DNA of 64,000 bases from Podarcis muralis (Eukaryota): contig NC_135658.1 of the NCBI RefSeq assembly GCF_964188315.1, positions 34,472,001 to 34,536,000 on the forward strand. The letters are read 5' to 3'. Below are positions 13,138 through 24,500 of the stretch, piece by piece (positions within the stretch are counted from its first letter, which is position 1; every line of letters starts with the position of its first letter). Under the pieces are notes generated by a model. That model saw only the letters and a list, made by a program, of their open reading frames with translations, did no database searches and was not told the origin of the DNA. Made by a program: the position numbers and the translations under genes.

Positions 13138-14018
13138 CTTTATAGGTATACAGAGGCTTCTGCACACAGAGAGAAGTGCTTATGCCTCCTCATGACAGAC
13201 CGGTCTTTATCTGCAGTCCCAGCAAAACTGTGAGTTCTGTTTATGCACATCTGCAGACTGGAGCGAATATGTAGAAAAGCCTTTTAAAATTGACAAAATA
13301 TATGCCTACTCATAGCAATGGGTAATAAGACACACACACCCCACTCCACCAACTTCTGGAGCAGATTTTGAAGGTGTACAGTGGGCTGCAGAAGAGAGAA
13401 GGGGGAAGTTCCATTGCTCAAGTTGTACAAGTGGAACAGCAGCATAGGCTACAACCCAATATGGGCACCTAAAAGACCATCTCACAATTAATTTCTCTTT
13501 CTACAGTGTGACATCAGCAAAGAGCAAAAATTTGGGACATCTCAGCAAATATAGGTAATCATTAAGCTGCCTCACTTTATCCAGAAACAAGCTCAAATGA
13601 GTTAGACTGTTTAAGACTGGAGCTCAAGTACTAACAGGCTGAATCTAGACATATCAAAGAAGAGATTCAGTTAAATGTGTTGTAAATTTCATACAGGGAA
13701 ATCCTGCTGGTGAAAAATGGGCTTCCACAGCGCCATCTGGTGTCACAGTGTTATAATGCATATAAAACGCTTTACAAATGTAGTTGAGTCCTCAGTGTAC
13801 AGGACAGTTTATATTTGTTTTATGGTTCTCTTTTGTAAGCTATCTTGAAAATCTAGATTTAAATACACATTTTCAAATAAAATAAAAAGCTAGCAATGTT
13901 TAGGTATGCTACTTAAGTGTATAGTCAGAGATTACTGCATTAAAAAGAAGGAGCTGGGGATATAACTATTTTACCACAATATTTCCCGCCAATACTTACC
14001 AAGTCGTTTGAGTCTCTG

Positions 14019-14058
14019 TTATGTGATACACACAGTGACACACTTCTTCACAGCATCC
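14019..14058 (-). CDS. SFT2D2: SFT2D2 exon 8 (stop codon)
   Basis: (R)DAVKKCVTVCIT*. The eight exons sum to 483 nt = 160 aa plus stop. Confidence 0.92.
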
Positions 14059-14583
14059 CTGCAAAAATAAAAACAAATACACTGTCCCCTTAAGTATTTG
14101 AATAAGCCGCACAAATATTTAAAATGTATAAGCAATGACCCTTCACAGCAGCAGTGATTTTTGACAAACAGAATCATCTTAGCACTGCTGGGTAAATTAA
14201 GAAAGACCTGTAGTGGGACAGAAGCCATCCTCTCTACCGAACTGCAACTTCTCAAGCAGTTCAATTCTATTAATCTGAGTCTCAATAGAGACAATGGTTT
14301 TCTGTCCCACTATAGGTATGAAAGGTCACCATGCTCATTTTGCAAATGTTCTGCTCTAATTATATGGCTACTTCACTCAACAATGCTAAGGTGTTTTTTG
14401 TTATCACCAATCACTGCTGCTTTGAAGGGTCAATTTGCATACACAACTCTAATTCAACTGTCGCATAATGCATTTTTACCTTTTACATTCCACTGCCATT
14501 TAACCCTACCTTCTACATTAATCTTTTCCCTTTTCAGCAGTGGTGGTTAACCCAGTAACTGTATATGGCGCTATCTGCCAATA

Positions 14584-14825
14584 CAGTGGTACCTTGGTTC
14601 CCAAACGGCTTAGTTGTCAAACAAATCAGCTCCCGAACGCCGCAAACCTGGAAGCAAGTGTTCCAGTTTGCAAACGTTTTTCGGAAGCTGAATGTCCGAT
14701 GCAGCTTCCAATTGGCTGCAGGAAGGTCCTGCAGCCAATCGGAAGCCGCACCTTGGTTTTCGAACAGTTTTAGGAGTCGAACGGACTCCCAGAATGGATT
14801 AAGTTTGAGAACCAAGGTACCACTG
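14584..14825. mobile_element. Tc1/mariner-type MITE in SFT2D2 intron 7
   Basis: TIRs cagtggtaccttggtt / aaccaaggtaccactg with TA TSD. Confidence 0.85.
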
Positions 14826-15588
14826 TATACAGGTTTTGGGGTGGCCTGCAGGGACTCAGCAACAATTCTGTGGCATCCAAGCCTATGTACAAGTGAGGAT
14901 CACATTTCATCTGATGAAGCATATGCCATAATAAAAAACCTTAAATCTTAAAGCACCACCAGACTTTGTTTTTTATTGCAATAAACTAACATAGCTACCT
15001 GTCTGCAAATTGTTACAAAGACTTTCAACATAGATCTATGGGTAGTTTTGCCACAAACAAAAATATATAATGCTGCCACTCTCTGTTCCCACAAGACCAA
15101 CATTTTCCATGAAAACTTTGCTCTAGGCTTTACTGTAACCAAAGTGAAGTATGTATCTGAAATAACCTCACATTCTTTCCTTATTTGCTCCTGCCTCCAT
15201 TTCCTCTGTTGTCTCTTTTTATCAATTTATATATTTTAAGCCCTCAGGGCAGGAGCCTACCCTCTTGTACTTTCTCAAGTACAGTAATGGCACTATATAA
15301 ACAATCTAAGTGATAAATATTTGTTTGGGATTTATTAATCATAAAACACATTTCACAAGAGTGCTGAGCTTTCTATATTTTCAATCACGCAGCGCTATTA
15401 TCAACCCTACAAGTGAAATATTTCACCTCCTCTATTCAATCATTCCACATAGCAAGTAATCTCGAGAATACAGAGAAGAATGCATTAAAGGGAGATCGAT
15501 TTTTCCAGCCATCCATATCACAGAAGAAATTCCCCTTTTATGTTTTATGACCTAGGTAGCTCCTGAAGCAAATGGAGGTCAAGATTAC

Positions 15589-15618
15589 CTTGCATATGGT
15601 ATGTAGGAAATGCTGTAC
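15589..15618 (-). CDS. SFT2D2: SFT2D2 exon 7
   Basis: (W)YSISYIPYA(R); canonical splice sites and matching phase. Confidence 0.9.
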
Positions 15619-15663
15619 CTAGAAGAGAGAGAAGACAAACACGTGTATTAGAAAGAACAGGAG

Positions 15664-15666
<3 letters not shown>

Positions 15667-15706
<40 letters not shown>
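15667..15706. repeat. (CA)n microsatellite
   Basis: Seen directly. Confidence 0.95.
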
Positions 15707-15710
<4 letters not shown>

Positions 15711-16837
15711 TCCCACAGTGTGTCAATGGCAAGTCTGCATAACACATGGCCCAAGCCAAGGGTAGTCTACCACATATTGTGGCTTGGTAAGTGACTGACA
15801 AATTAAAACTAGCATTTGCTTTCCAGTTTAGTTTTCCAACTATCCATGTCAGGATCAGTTTCCATCACCTCTCCCACCCTTTCCACATGAAGCAGAGTCT
15901 CCTTCCAGGAGAAAGGTGGAACATGAGCTCATTTTGTCATTGTTTGCAACATCTGCTCACATGTAGACCACTTGTGAAAGAGGAAAGTGGCCAAATGTGG
16001 AAGATCAACAGAAGTTGACAATAGTTCAGCCGGGCCTTGGTGACTCTTACTTTAAGGTAGCTAGACTTTCATAAGAAACTTCCTGTCCAAATGGAATCCC
16101 CAACGGCAATTGGTTGAGAAAATTTTAGGAGGCGGTGTATTTATGGACATTGGGCTCCATTATTGCAGTCTTTTTATAAAGATATGTGACAGAGAGGGTG
16201 AGGAAAGAAACCTCTCCTGTTATACATATATAACATAATATAACCTATTGCTATTAATATATAATAATAATAATAATAATAATATCGATCCCTAAAGCAC
16301 CTAAAATTTTCAAAGCACTGTACATAATATTAAAACTAGGGGATAGCCAGTTCTACTCAGTGTGCTCAGCATCCCCCACCCCTCTTTATTCCAGTTTTCC
16401 CCTCCCCAGGACCACATTTCCCCCTGCCTGCCTCAATTTCTGCTCAGGACAACCTCACCATGCCTCTGTTTCATTAGACCTGCCAAAGAAGCCTACCACA
16501 GTGCCAGGGAGAAAGACAAGGAGGGAGAAGAAGCCACCACCCCCCAGCAGGAAGGTGGAGCCTTCCTCTGCTGTTACCCTCCTCCCACTCAGGTGACCCA
16601 TCCAGGCTCTGAGGTGGATTCCTGCAAGGGCCAGCTCTGAAATCTCCATTCAGTTAGTGTGCTCCCCAACAGCTCAGGCTGCCTTCACAATGTTGGGGTG
16701 ATAGACCAGTATAATTTTAAAATATTTTATATACACACACACACATACACACACACACACATATTAAATGAAGACAGTCCCTGCCTGTAGGCTCACAATC
16801 CAAAAGACATAAAGGGGGGGGGGGGGTCATTACTTAC

Positions 16838-16896
16838 CATGCTAAGGCGAAGAACTGCAAAACGCAGAAGATGAGGGCAAGTCCCTTATTGTGCCA
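16838..16896 (-). CDS. SFT2D2: SFT2D2 exon 6
   Basis: WHNKGLALIFCVLQFFALA(W); follows an 88-nt intron. Confidence 0.92.
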
Positions 16897-16984
16897 CTGA
16901 AAGAGGAAGAAATCATCATAAATCAAGCAAAGAAAATGTCATTAAATTTATATGCATAGTTACATTGGAGATTCAAGTACTTAC

Positions 16985-17020
16985 CCAAAAAGCTGCGCAA
17001 AGAGTTAATATGAGGCATAA
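16985..17020 (-). CDS. SFT2D2: SFT2D2 exon 5
   Basis: LCLILTLCAAFW; ttttag acceptor, gtaagt donor. Confidence 0.9.
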
Positions 17021-18640
17021 CTAAAAGAGAGGAGACACAATCTTAAAATAAGCAAAACATTAAAACTGTAACTGAAGATGAACAGGGTTTTTTTTGTTTT
17101 TTTAGCACTGGACTACAGTGCCAGGCTGCAATCCTAAGCATACTTAAGTGGGAATATTTTTCTTCTTTTTAATCGTCTGGTTTAATTCATCTCTGTGCTA
17201 GAAATTGTCAGACTGCATGTTTTATGCTATTGTTATTTTATCATACTGTATTTTATCTTTTTATGTTTATCAGTCACCTGGAGAACACAAATATTGGAAG
17301 GCCTTATACTGAGTTAATTATTAGCAACAGTAAGTCCCACTGAACTGAAGTGAAACTTACTTTTGAGCAGACATCAATAGGATTGCATTGTCAGTCTGAA
17401 CATCTGACCCAATAGTACTGAAGTACACTATAGCTAATTTAAAGTAACCCAAGGATCAGCAATAGATGAGTGACCTATGTATTTTGGATTTTCCAGGGAA
17501 TTATGGCAACACTTTTGCCCCTACCTCATGACAAAAGGACCTGGCTTTTACCAATAAGGACACCCCAAGTGTATCAAGTTGGGGTGTCCTAATTGGTACA
17601 GAACTTCCTAATTAAATACTCATACTCCACTTAATTAGCAGGTTATGTACTGATAAGCACACCCCCACACTATATAGTTGCAATGAATCAGAGATCAATA
17701 AAAGCCCTAAGAATATGTCCAATATATTTGTCAAACTATTTCCAGCATCTTATCCCAGCACAAATAAAAAAAAGACAAAGCCCCTATCTCAAACATAGTA
17801 GCAGTTGTAACTAAGAAACATCAGTCAAATTTCGAAGAAGCAGTCTAGAGATACACATTTGCCATGACAGCTAAATGGGATCATTATATGCACAGACACA
17901 ATAGCCCTCCAGGTACAAGATGCTGGGGACATACGGGAATACAAATCATTTATTTGTTTATTACCCTTCCTATAAATGCACATAATTAAGGGCTACAAAA
18001 AGCCCACATGCCCATTACAACGTAAGCTATATTAAGAAGTACCAACAGAACAATCCTAGCACAGTTAACAAACCATAGGGAACCTTCTTCAATCGAAGGG
18101 CCGCATTCCAATTTGGGAAACATTTTGAGGGCCACCTGGCTGTGGTGTGTGAGGCCAGAGGCAAAATGAATGGAACATTGAATGTAAATGTTAGCTTTCT
18201 ACAATAGACTAGTTTCGACACACAGTCACACACTATCATCTAGCCAGGTAATGAGGCATTACCAGAGTTCAAGATGGAAACATCTGGAATGCAATTTGGG
18301 GGGAGGGTAGCCTAGGAAGGCTTGTGAGGGCCAGATAGAGAGGGCCTGAGGCTCCCCACACCTCCCTTAACTGCTCCTTCGGTTTATGAGACTTGTACTT
18401 ACAATTTTTTTATTATTATTTTACAATAAACACATGCCAGAAATACTGCCCCTTTGTTTTGCATCACTTGTTTTCTGACTATTTAGGAAATACCAACTAC
18501 TGATATTTTACCACAAGGTACTTTTATTTGCTACATTTGCTAGTATTTTAAAATTAAGCAAATTCCCTTAAAAAGAGGATTAACACCGATAGCCCTCTCA
18601 ATTCAAATGCAAGTTAAAACAGAAAAGTTTTGTTACTTAC

Positions 18641-18722
18641 AAGCATAACAGCTGTAGCTATCAAACGAGTGGGTTCAAACATTCTTTTCAACTGATTCAT
18701 CGGTCCCATAAGAAAGACAGTG
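18641..18722 (-). CDS. SFT2D2: SFT2D2 exon 4
   Basis: (S)TVFLMGPMNQLKRMFEPTRLIATAVML; donor gtaagt. Confidence 0.93.
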
Positions 18723-19154
18723 CTATAAGAAAAAATTATTTAACCCATCTGCTAAGAGCAAAACACGCAAATGCACATTATACAAGCTTAAACTGCTACC
18801 ATTACTGTATTGTAGGAATCATAAACAGACCATACTTTAGCCTCAAAGGTACTATAATCACATAGTATAACTCATTAGAGAAAATTAGGGAACACTCTAT
18901 TGGAAAACAAGTAGTAAAATCATATAGTAATAAAAACAATACGGAAGCCATGCCAACAGAGTTAAATTGTTTCTCTGATCCCCAAACATAAACATGAGAC
19001 TGGGAATAAGAGTTGAGAGGGATACAATCAAAATATTTTGTTTGTAAAATATTTTGATGGTAAAATGGAAAAAGGAGAAAGATTATATATTTCAAGAATG
19101 AGCTGCTTAGTTCATTCACCTATTTGATATTCTGAACAAACCTACTAAGATTAC

Positions 19155-19240
19155 CTTCCAAGAGACGCGATATTCCCCAGTGTGTAAAATACTGCAAACA
19201 AGATTAGCCCTTTCCTGGGAACCCATAGCAGACAAGTACC
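19155..19240 (-). CDS. SFT2D2: SFT2D2 exon 3
   Basis: GTCLLWVPRKGLILFAVFYTLGNIASLG(S); canonical splice sites. Confidence 0.93.
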
Positions 19241-19605
19241 CTGGAAAGACAGACAAAAGAAGGAACATACACCGTCACTGTAAGGAAAAGAAGTCTGTAA
19301 AAACAATTATCTGTGGAGAAAATAAGTATTTTGGTTGTTCTCATTCATTATCACATAAAATGTGTTGCCTTAAGTTTTCTTTTGTCAAAGCCTATTTTAA
19401 AAATAGCATATGTTACTATTATTTTACTTTCATGAAAAATCCTCTTAATATTTCATCTAAAAGCAATAATATTTCAAATTTAGATTTCATCCAGCTGGGA
19501 GTCATGCAACGTGATCCCAAGTTGGTTTCTGTAGTGGCTTTGTATTGATCAGATGTATGTGCTGTTGTTTTAAACTGCGCATACACGCTTATATATGCAC
19601 ATCTA

Positions 19606-19607
<2 letters not shown>

Positions 19608-19670
<63 letters not shown>
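19608..19670. repeat. Compound (CT)n(GT)n microsatellite
   Basis: Seen directly. Confidence 0.95.
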
Positions 19671-19673
<3 letters not shown>

Positions 19674-20144
19674 ACTGTTTTGTGTATGTTTTTAGTATCC
19701 TGCAATAGTGGGGAGCAAGACAATCAACTGAATCAGCATTCAATCAGTCTTTTCCTTGGCATTCTGAACACGTAAGTAAGCCAGGCTCACCACACTGGGA
19801 AAACAAGAACTGCAGGTTGCATGTACCCACTATCATGAAGGTTAGGTGTGTTAGCCAGGGCAATGACTGAATCCAAGTTTATGACTTGCCCATCAAGAAG
19901 GATTTGATATCCCAACTATGAATGAAAAAGAACAAATCACTGGCTTATTGTTGGTTGCTTGAAAGTATCCCTAAAGCATCAAACACCAGTCAAATTTACG
20001 CAAAGGATATTAGAGAGATTATTGTTATTAGTCTTTCCAGTCTTAGAATTTATGATGGTTTGGGTTGTATTTTCTCTCTGAGCAACAGGCTTCTCATGAC
20101 ACTGCAGAAAACTTGCAACCAATATTCCAAAACAAATTACATTT

Positions 20145-20249
20145 GTTGTTTAGTCGTTTAGTCGTGTCCGACTCTTCGTGACCCCATGGACCAGAGCACG
20201 CCAGAGCACGCCAGGCACTTCTGTCCTCCACTGCCTCCCGCAGTTTGAT
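20145..20249 (-). mobile_element. 5'-truncated RTE-BovB LINE 3' end
   Basis: gttgtttagtcgtttagtcgtgtccgactcttcgtgaccccatggaccagagcacgccagg; 12-bp TSD CAAATTACATTT (20133-20144, 20250-20261). Confidence 0.85.
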
Positions 20250-20763
20250 CAAATTACATTTAGGTTGCAAAATTTACAAGGTGGCATCTAATCATGCAGA
20301 ATGGATTTCTGCTTGTACAACTTGTAGGACTTCCCTTTGCATTTCTTCCTCTTTTGCATCCCTAAAATCCTCCTCAGAAGGTCCTTCAACCCTCCAGAGA
20401 AAATTTGGACAACTCATAGGGGCTGCAGGAGAAAGAAGAGGAAGTACGCCTGCACAAAATTGGTGTCACCCGTGAACATTTACATTGGAGTAAACCCTAA
20501 TCTACAGTAGGGCTTTTTCCACAGCAAGCATGTAAAAGATTGCACTATCTCAACTGATGTGAAAATATAAGGGGATAGATCAGTCACCGTGATTACTCTT
20601 CATGGAGTCAAAACTTTTATATTCCTTCAGCAATGATGGAGCTGAGTGCAATACTGAGCAGCTGGGGGGGGCGGGGGTTTGCCTTGCACTGTGGGAGATA
20701 TTATTCAAGAAATCCAAACTTTATCCAACAAAAGCTGATGAGGTGGGGAAGGAAAGCTCTTAC

Positions 20764-20850
20764 CAGAATGGAACACAGAACGCCAATAGCAAAACAAGCT
20801 ATAAAGCCTTTCAGTCTTGTACTCCAGCTTAAGGAAGATGCATCAATCAC
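20764..20850 (-). CDS. SFT2D2: SFT2D2 exon 2
   Basis: VIDASSLSWSTRLKGFIACFAIGVLCSIL; tttccag acceptor, gtaaga donor. Confidence 0.93.
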
Positions 20851-23649
20851 CTGGAAATATATTTTTTAAAAAGAGAGTCTTATTAAAATTGTAGTGTCAA
20901 GGTTTTAAAAAGGCAATATACAGCCAGTTGCTTTCATTTCCTTCCAGCAGCTTCACTACACGAGGAAACTTCACAAACATGCTTCTAACATCTTTGTGAA
21001 AAGTGCCTCGTCCTATCTGTTCTATGAACAGATATCACTTCCTCAATGTTAATATAAGGCAATATTCAATTTTCTTCTTCTTCGACAACAGCTTCTATTA
21101 ATCATCACTCAAGGCAACTTTGAGCGTATTCCTTTCACATGTTCACAGAAAGCAGATACATTTCCCTGGCCATTAGCATTATTCCTATTCTAATATTAAA
21201 AACAAAGAGTGTATTGATTCCATTTCAACTGTTTCGCATAGTCAATGTTTCGTGCCAAGTTTATCCAAAGAGGATTCCGTTTAAAAAAATACTAGAAAAG
21301 AATCCAACTTTTATAACAAATGTATTCATATAGTTGTATTATGTCTGATTCTACTCTACTAATTCCTTCTTATGACATAATATAGTTTTGAAAATACTAT
21401 TAAGTTTCTATCAGCTATCGGAGTATATATATTTTGTAAGCAAGGGCATTCCTGTAATAAAACCAGATTTGGATCATTTTAGTCATTGTTATAAAATCCA
21501 AGAATAGCAAAACAATTTAGTTTTTTTAATCTATATAACACCAGTCAATTAATATGCAGTTGTCTGAAATCCAAGCAGCTAAAACATGGAAACAAAAAAA
21601 AGTAGAATGGAACTGATCCTATGTTTCCAAAATATTTTGTTGTATTTGAATTTATTCATATATTTTGCAACAAATTGTTTTGTTCAAAATTCTTGTATTT
21701 TGATAATAAATTGATGGAAAAAGCAAACTAAATTTAAACAAAGATCATCCTGGGACATAAATCAAGATTATCATACCCAACATGTCTAGAGCATTTTCAA
21801 GTGTTCAAAGAGCTTCAATTATCTAGTTGCAATCCTTACAAAAACCCTGTAAGTTACATGAGTGTTATTATCCATCAGATTGCAAACGGAAATGAGGGCT
21901 GAGGCTGAGCAACCGGCTTGCCTAAGGCCACTTGGTGAGTTCATGGCAGAGCAGAGATGAAAACCCAGGACTACCTGATATGGAGCAAAGTCTCTTAGCA
22001 GCCAGACTACATCAATGTTAACTTAGATACTTCCAGATGCAAACTTCAAGTTTGCTGGTTTCCCTCAGGGATGTTGTGTTTTCCCAGCCCAAATGTGTTT
22101 ATTAACAATGGCATTCAGAATCCCCTTTCAGAGGTGAATTCCTTGCTGCTGAAACTACAGCACAATACTGTGGTTGTGCAAGTGTCATAGGTATATCACT
22201 AGTGATAATGACAACTCTCTCCACAAACAAACATGATAAGCCTCATATTGTGAACTTTGTATTACTGATCTCCTGAAGCACTTATGCAATGCCCTTTAAA
22301 AATAAAATGAAATGCAGTACAACTATCCCACCTTTCTAACCATTTACATTACATTTAAAGTCACTTTGGATTTTAAAAGATTCCCTTTCTCTTGATATGC
22401 TCTAACACCGGCCAAAAAAAAAAATTGGTAATTAAGTATTCATCAAGCTGTTTACCAAACAAACAGAGCACAGAAGGAGCAGGCCTATCTCCCTACAGCA
22501 AGATTAGTCCTGTTAAACTGGGAATAGAATATCATGCTACATCTGCCAAGCTAGAGTAAACAGCACAAGTAGCGGCAAGGATAAGAACCACAGAGGATCC
22601 AATAATTTTTCACCACTCATCCCACCATTCTAAAAGCCCCCCCCCCCCCAATTAAACCTACATTTATTGTGTTGAATTACTTTGGGGAACCAGCTGGTGC
22701 CAAGGGTTGCATTCAGAGCTGACTTTGTACTAGCAGAATGCCCTTCCATTTATGCAAGAAACAGCACCTTTGTTGGAAGAAAATGCTGTCCATAGTGTTT
22801 TCTTTCTAGCCCCCTATCACAGTTACACAGCAAAACCAAAACAGGTTTTACTTATGGACTTCACCTATCAGTATTGATTTAATCTGCATTAATTGGTCAA
22901 CTAAAGCTTGCAAGCTAGGTTTTAGAACATACCAAGCAATCACAAAGATACACCATGAGACAGTGGTGTTTTGCTTTCCATCTCCTTACGTTTTGCAAGT
23001 TCTACCCAGGGTGCCGTTAGTATGTAAACAATTATGACACAGCTTCCCTTTGGCCTTCGTCCCTTGAGCACAAAAGAATACAGTACAAGAAATGCCCTTC
23101 CGTAGCCTAGGATCATGTTCTCACAGTGACCAACCAGCTGTGCAATATTAACACACTAGCACTCTTCAGCTCATGCTCTCCGGCAACTGGTATTCAGAGG
23201 CATGCTGGGTGTGATACTAGAGTAAATATATAGCTGTCATGATAAACAGCCATTCAGTCTGTCCTGTATTTTTCACTCTTCCTTCATTATATCAAAAGAA
23301 ATGCATTTAAGCTTTTTGTAATACGCCAAGTGATCTGTTGAAAGACAAACCGGCGAAACCAATTTACGACTCTTTGGTCGGATGCATAAACCCCAAATTA
23401 ATTTCTCTAGAACCGCCCTAACCTGGGTGAACTCTGTGCACCTATTCAGCACCTGCTGAATTACAAGCAAGGTGTGGGTTCGAGTCCAGTTCAGCAACAG
23501 TTAAGTACCAAAAGGGGAGGCAGCATTTTTTTCCCTTGGTGGGGCGAAGAGAGCTTTGAGCAGTACTGAGCGTGTACACTGTGCACAGGATGAGAGCTTG
23601 GATCCTGGGGTTTTTTTCCTGGAGCTTGTGACGTCAGATCCCAAACACC

Positions 23650-24500
23650 TGGGCGGGCAGGAAGGCAGCAATTAAACGAGAAGCATCAACACGCACCTTT
23701 GGCCAAGAGAGGGGGGAGAGAGCTGGGCGCTAGGAAGGGTCTCTCACGGCGCAGTTGAAAGCTCAGAAAGCCCCCCTGGGACGGGGGAAGGTTATAGGCG
23801 ACCTTCCTTCATGGGGGGGGGGGAGAAATAGCAGGTAGTTGAGGAAAGGTGCGGGGAGGAGAGGAATGGAAGGGGCCAAAAAAGGCCAAGCAACAACGAC
23901 GGCCTCAGCTGCTCCCCTGAAATTGGTGAGGGGGGGCTAAGCGCCTTAGGGGTGCGGAGAAGGAACTGGGGCAGGAATTGCTGAGGCGGACCGGGCGACA
24001 AAGCCAAGGAAAGAGCCTCCTTCACCCCACACTCCCCCCCCCCCGGGGTTTACCTCCGCCAGTGGCCCCGGCTCCTCGGCGTCCTTCCCGTTGAGAACCC
24101 GCTTCAGCTTGTCCATGACACTTGTCGCCCCTCGCGAGCTCCACTTCCCGACGCGGCTGCCTCCACTTCGCCGCCCAAGCTCTTCGGAGACTACAACTCC
24201 CAGCAATCGAGGAAGGCCGAGGCTCGCCTAGCTTTCCCTCAACGCCTGGAGCAGTGCATCCTGGGATATGTAGTCGGGGGGGTGCTTCCTCGCACCTGCG
24301 CGCTGCAGAGCTCTTTCGACTACGCCTCCGATCCTCTTTGTGGCATCCGAGTTTATGTCCAGTAATAGGCGGGTTGCGCCGGTGTTTTTTCCCCAGAGCT
24401 TTCCCCCGCCCCCCTTTCCTTCTTCTCTATGGTGATGGCTGTTATTTGCTAAATTTGTATACCGCCCCTCACGCGAAGATCTCAGGGCGGTTCACAACAC
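23650..24500 (-). promoter_or_regulatory. CpG-island promoter of SFT2D2
   Basis: GC/CpG-rich block around exon 1, with an inverted pair of ACTACAnnTCCCA motifs at 24189-24205 and 24259-24275. Limits approximate. Confidence 0.8.
24054..24116 (-). CDS. SFT2D2: Vesicle transport protein SFT2B, exon 1
   Basis: MDKLKRVLNGKDAEEPGPLAE, donor GAG|gtaaac, inside a CpG island. Confidence 0.92.

Noticed and set aside
20880-21800. Long AT-rich stretch in SFT2D2 intron 1, possibly a decayed L1 or transposase
   Set aside because: Manual translation gave no recognisable motif, so it cannot be supported without an HMM search.
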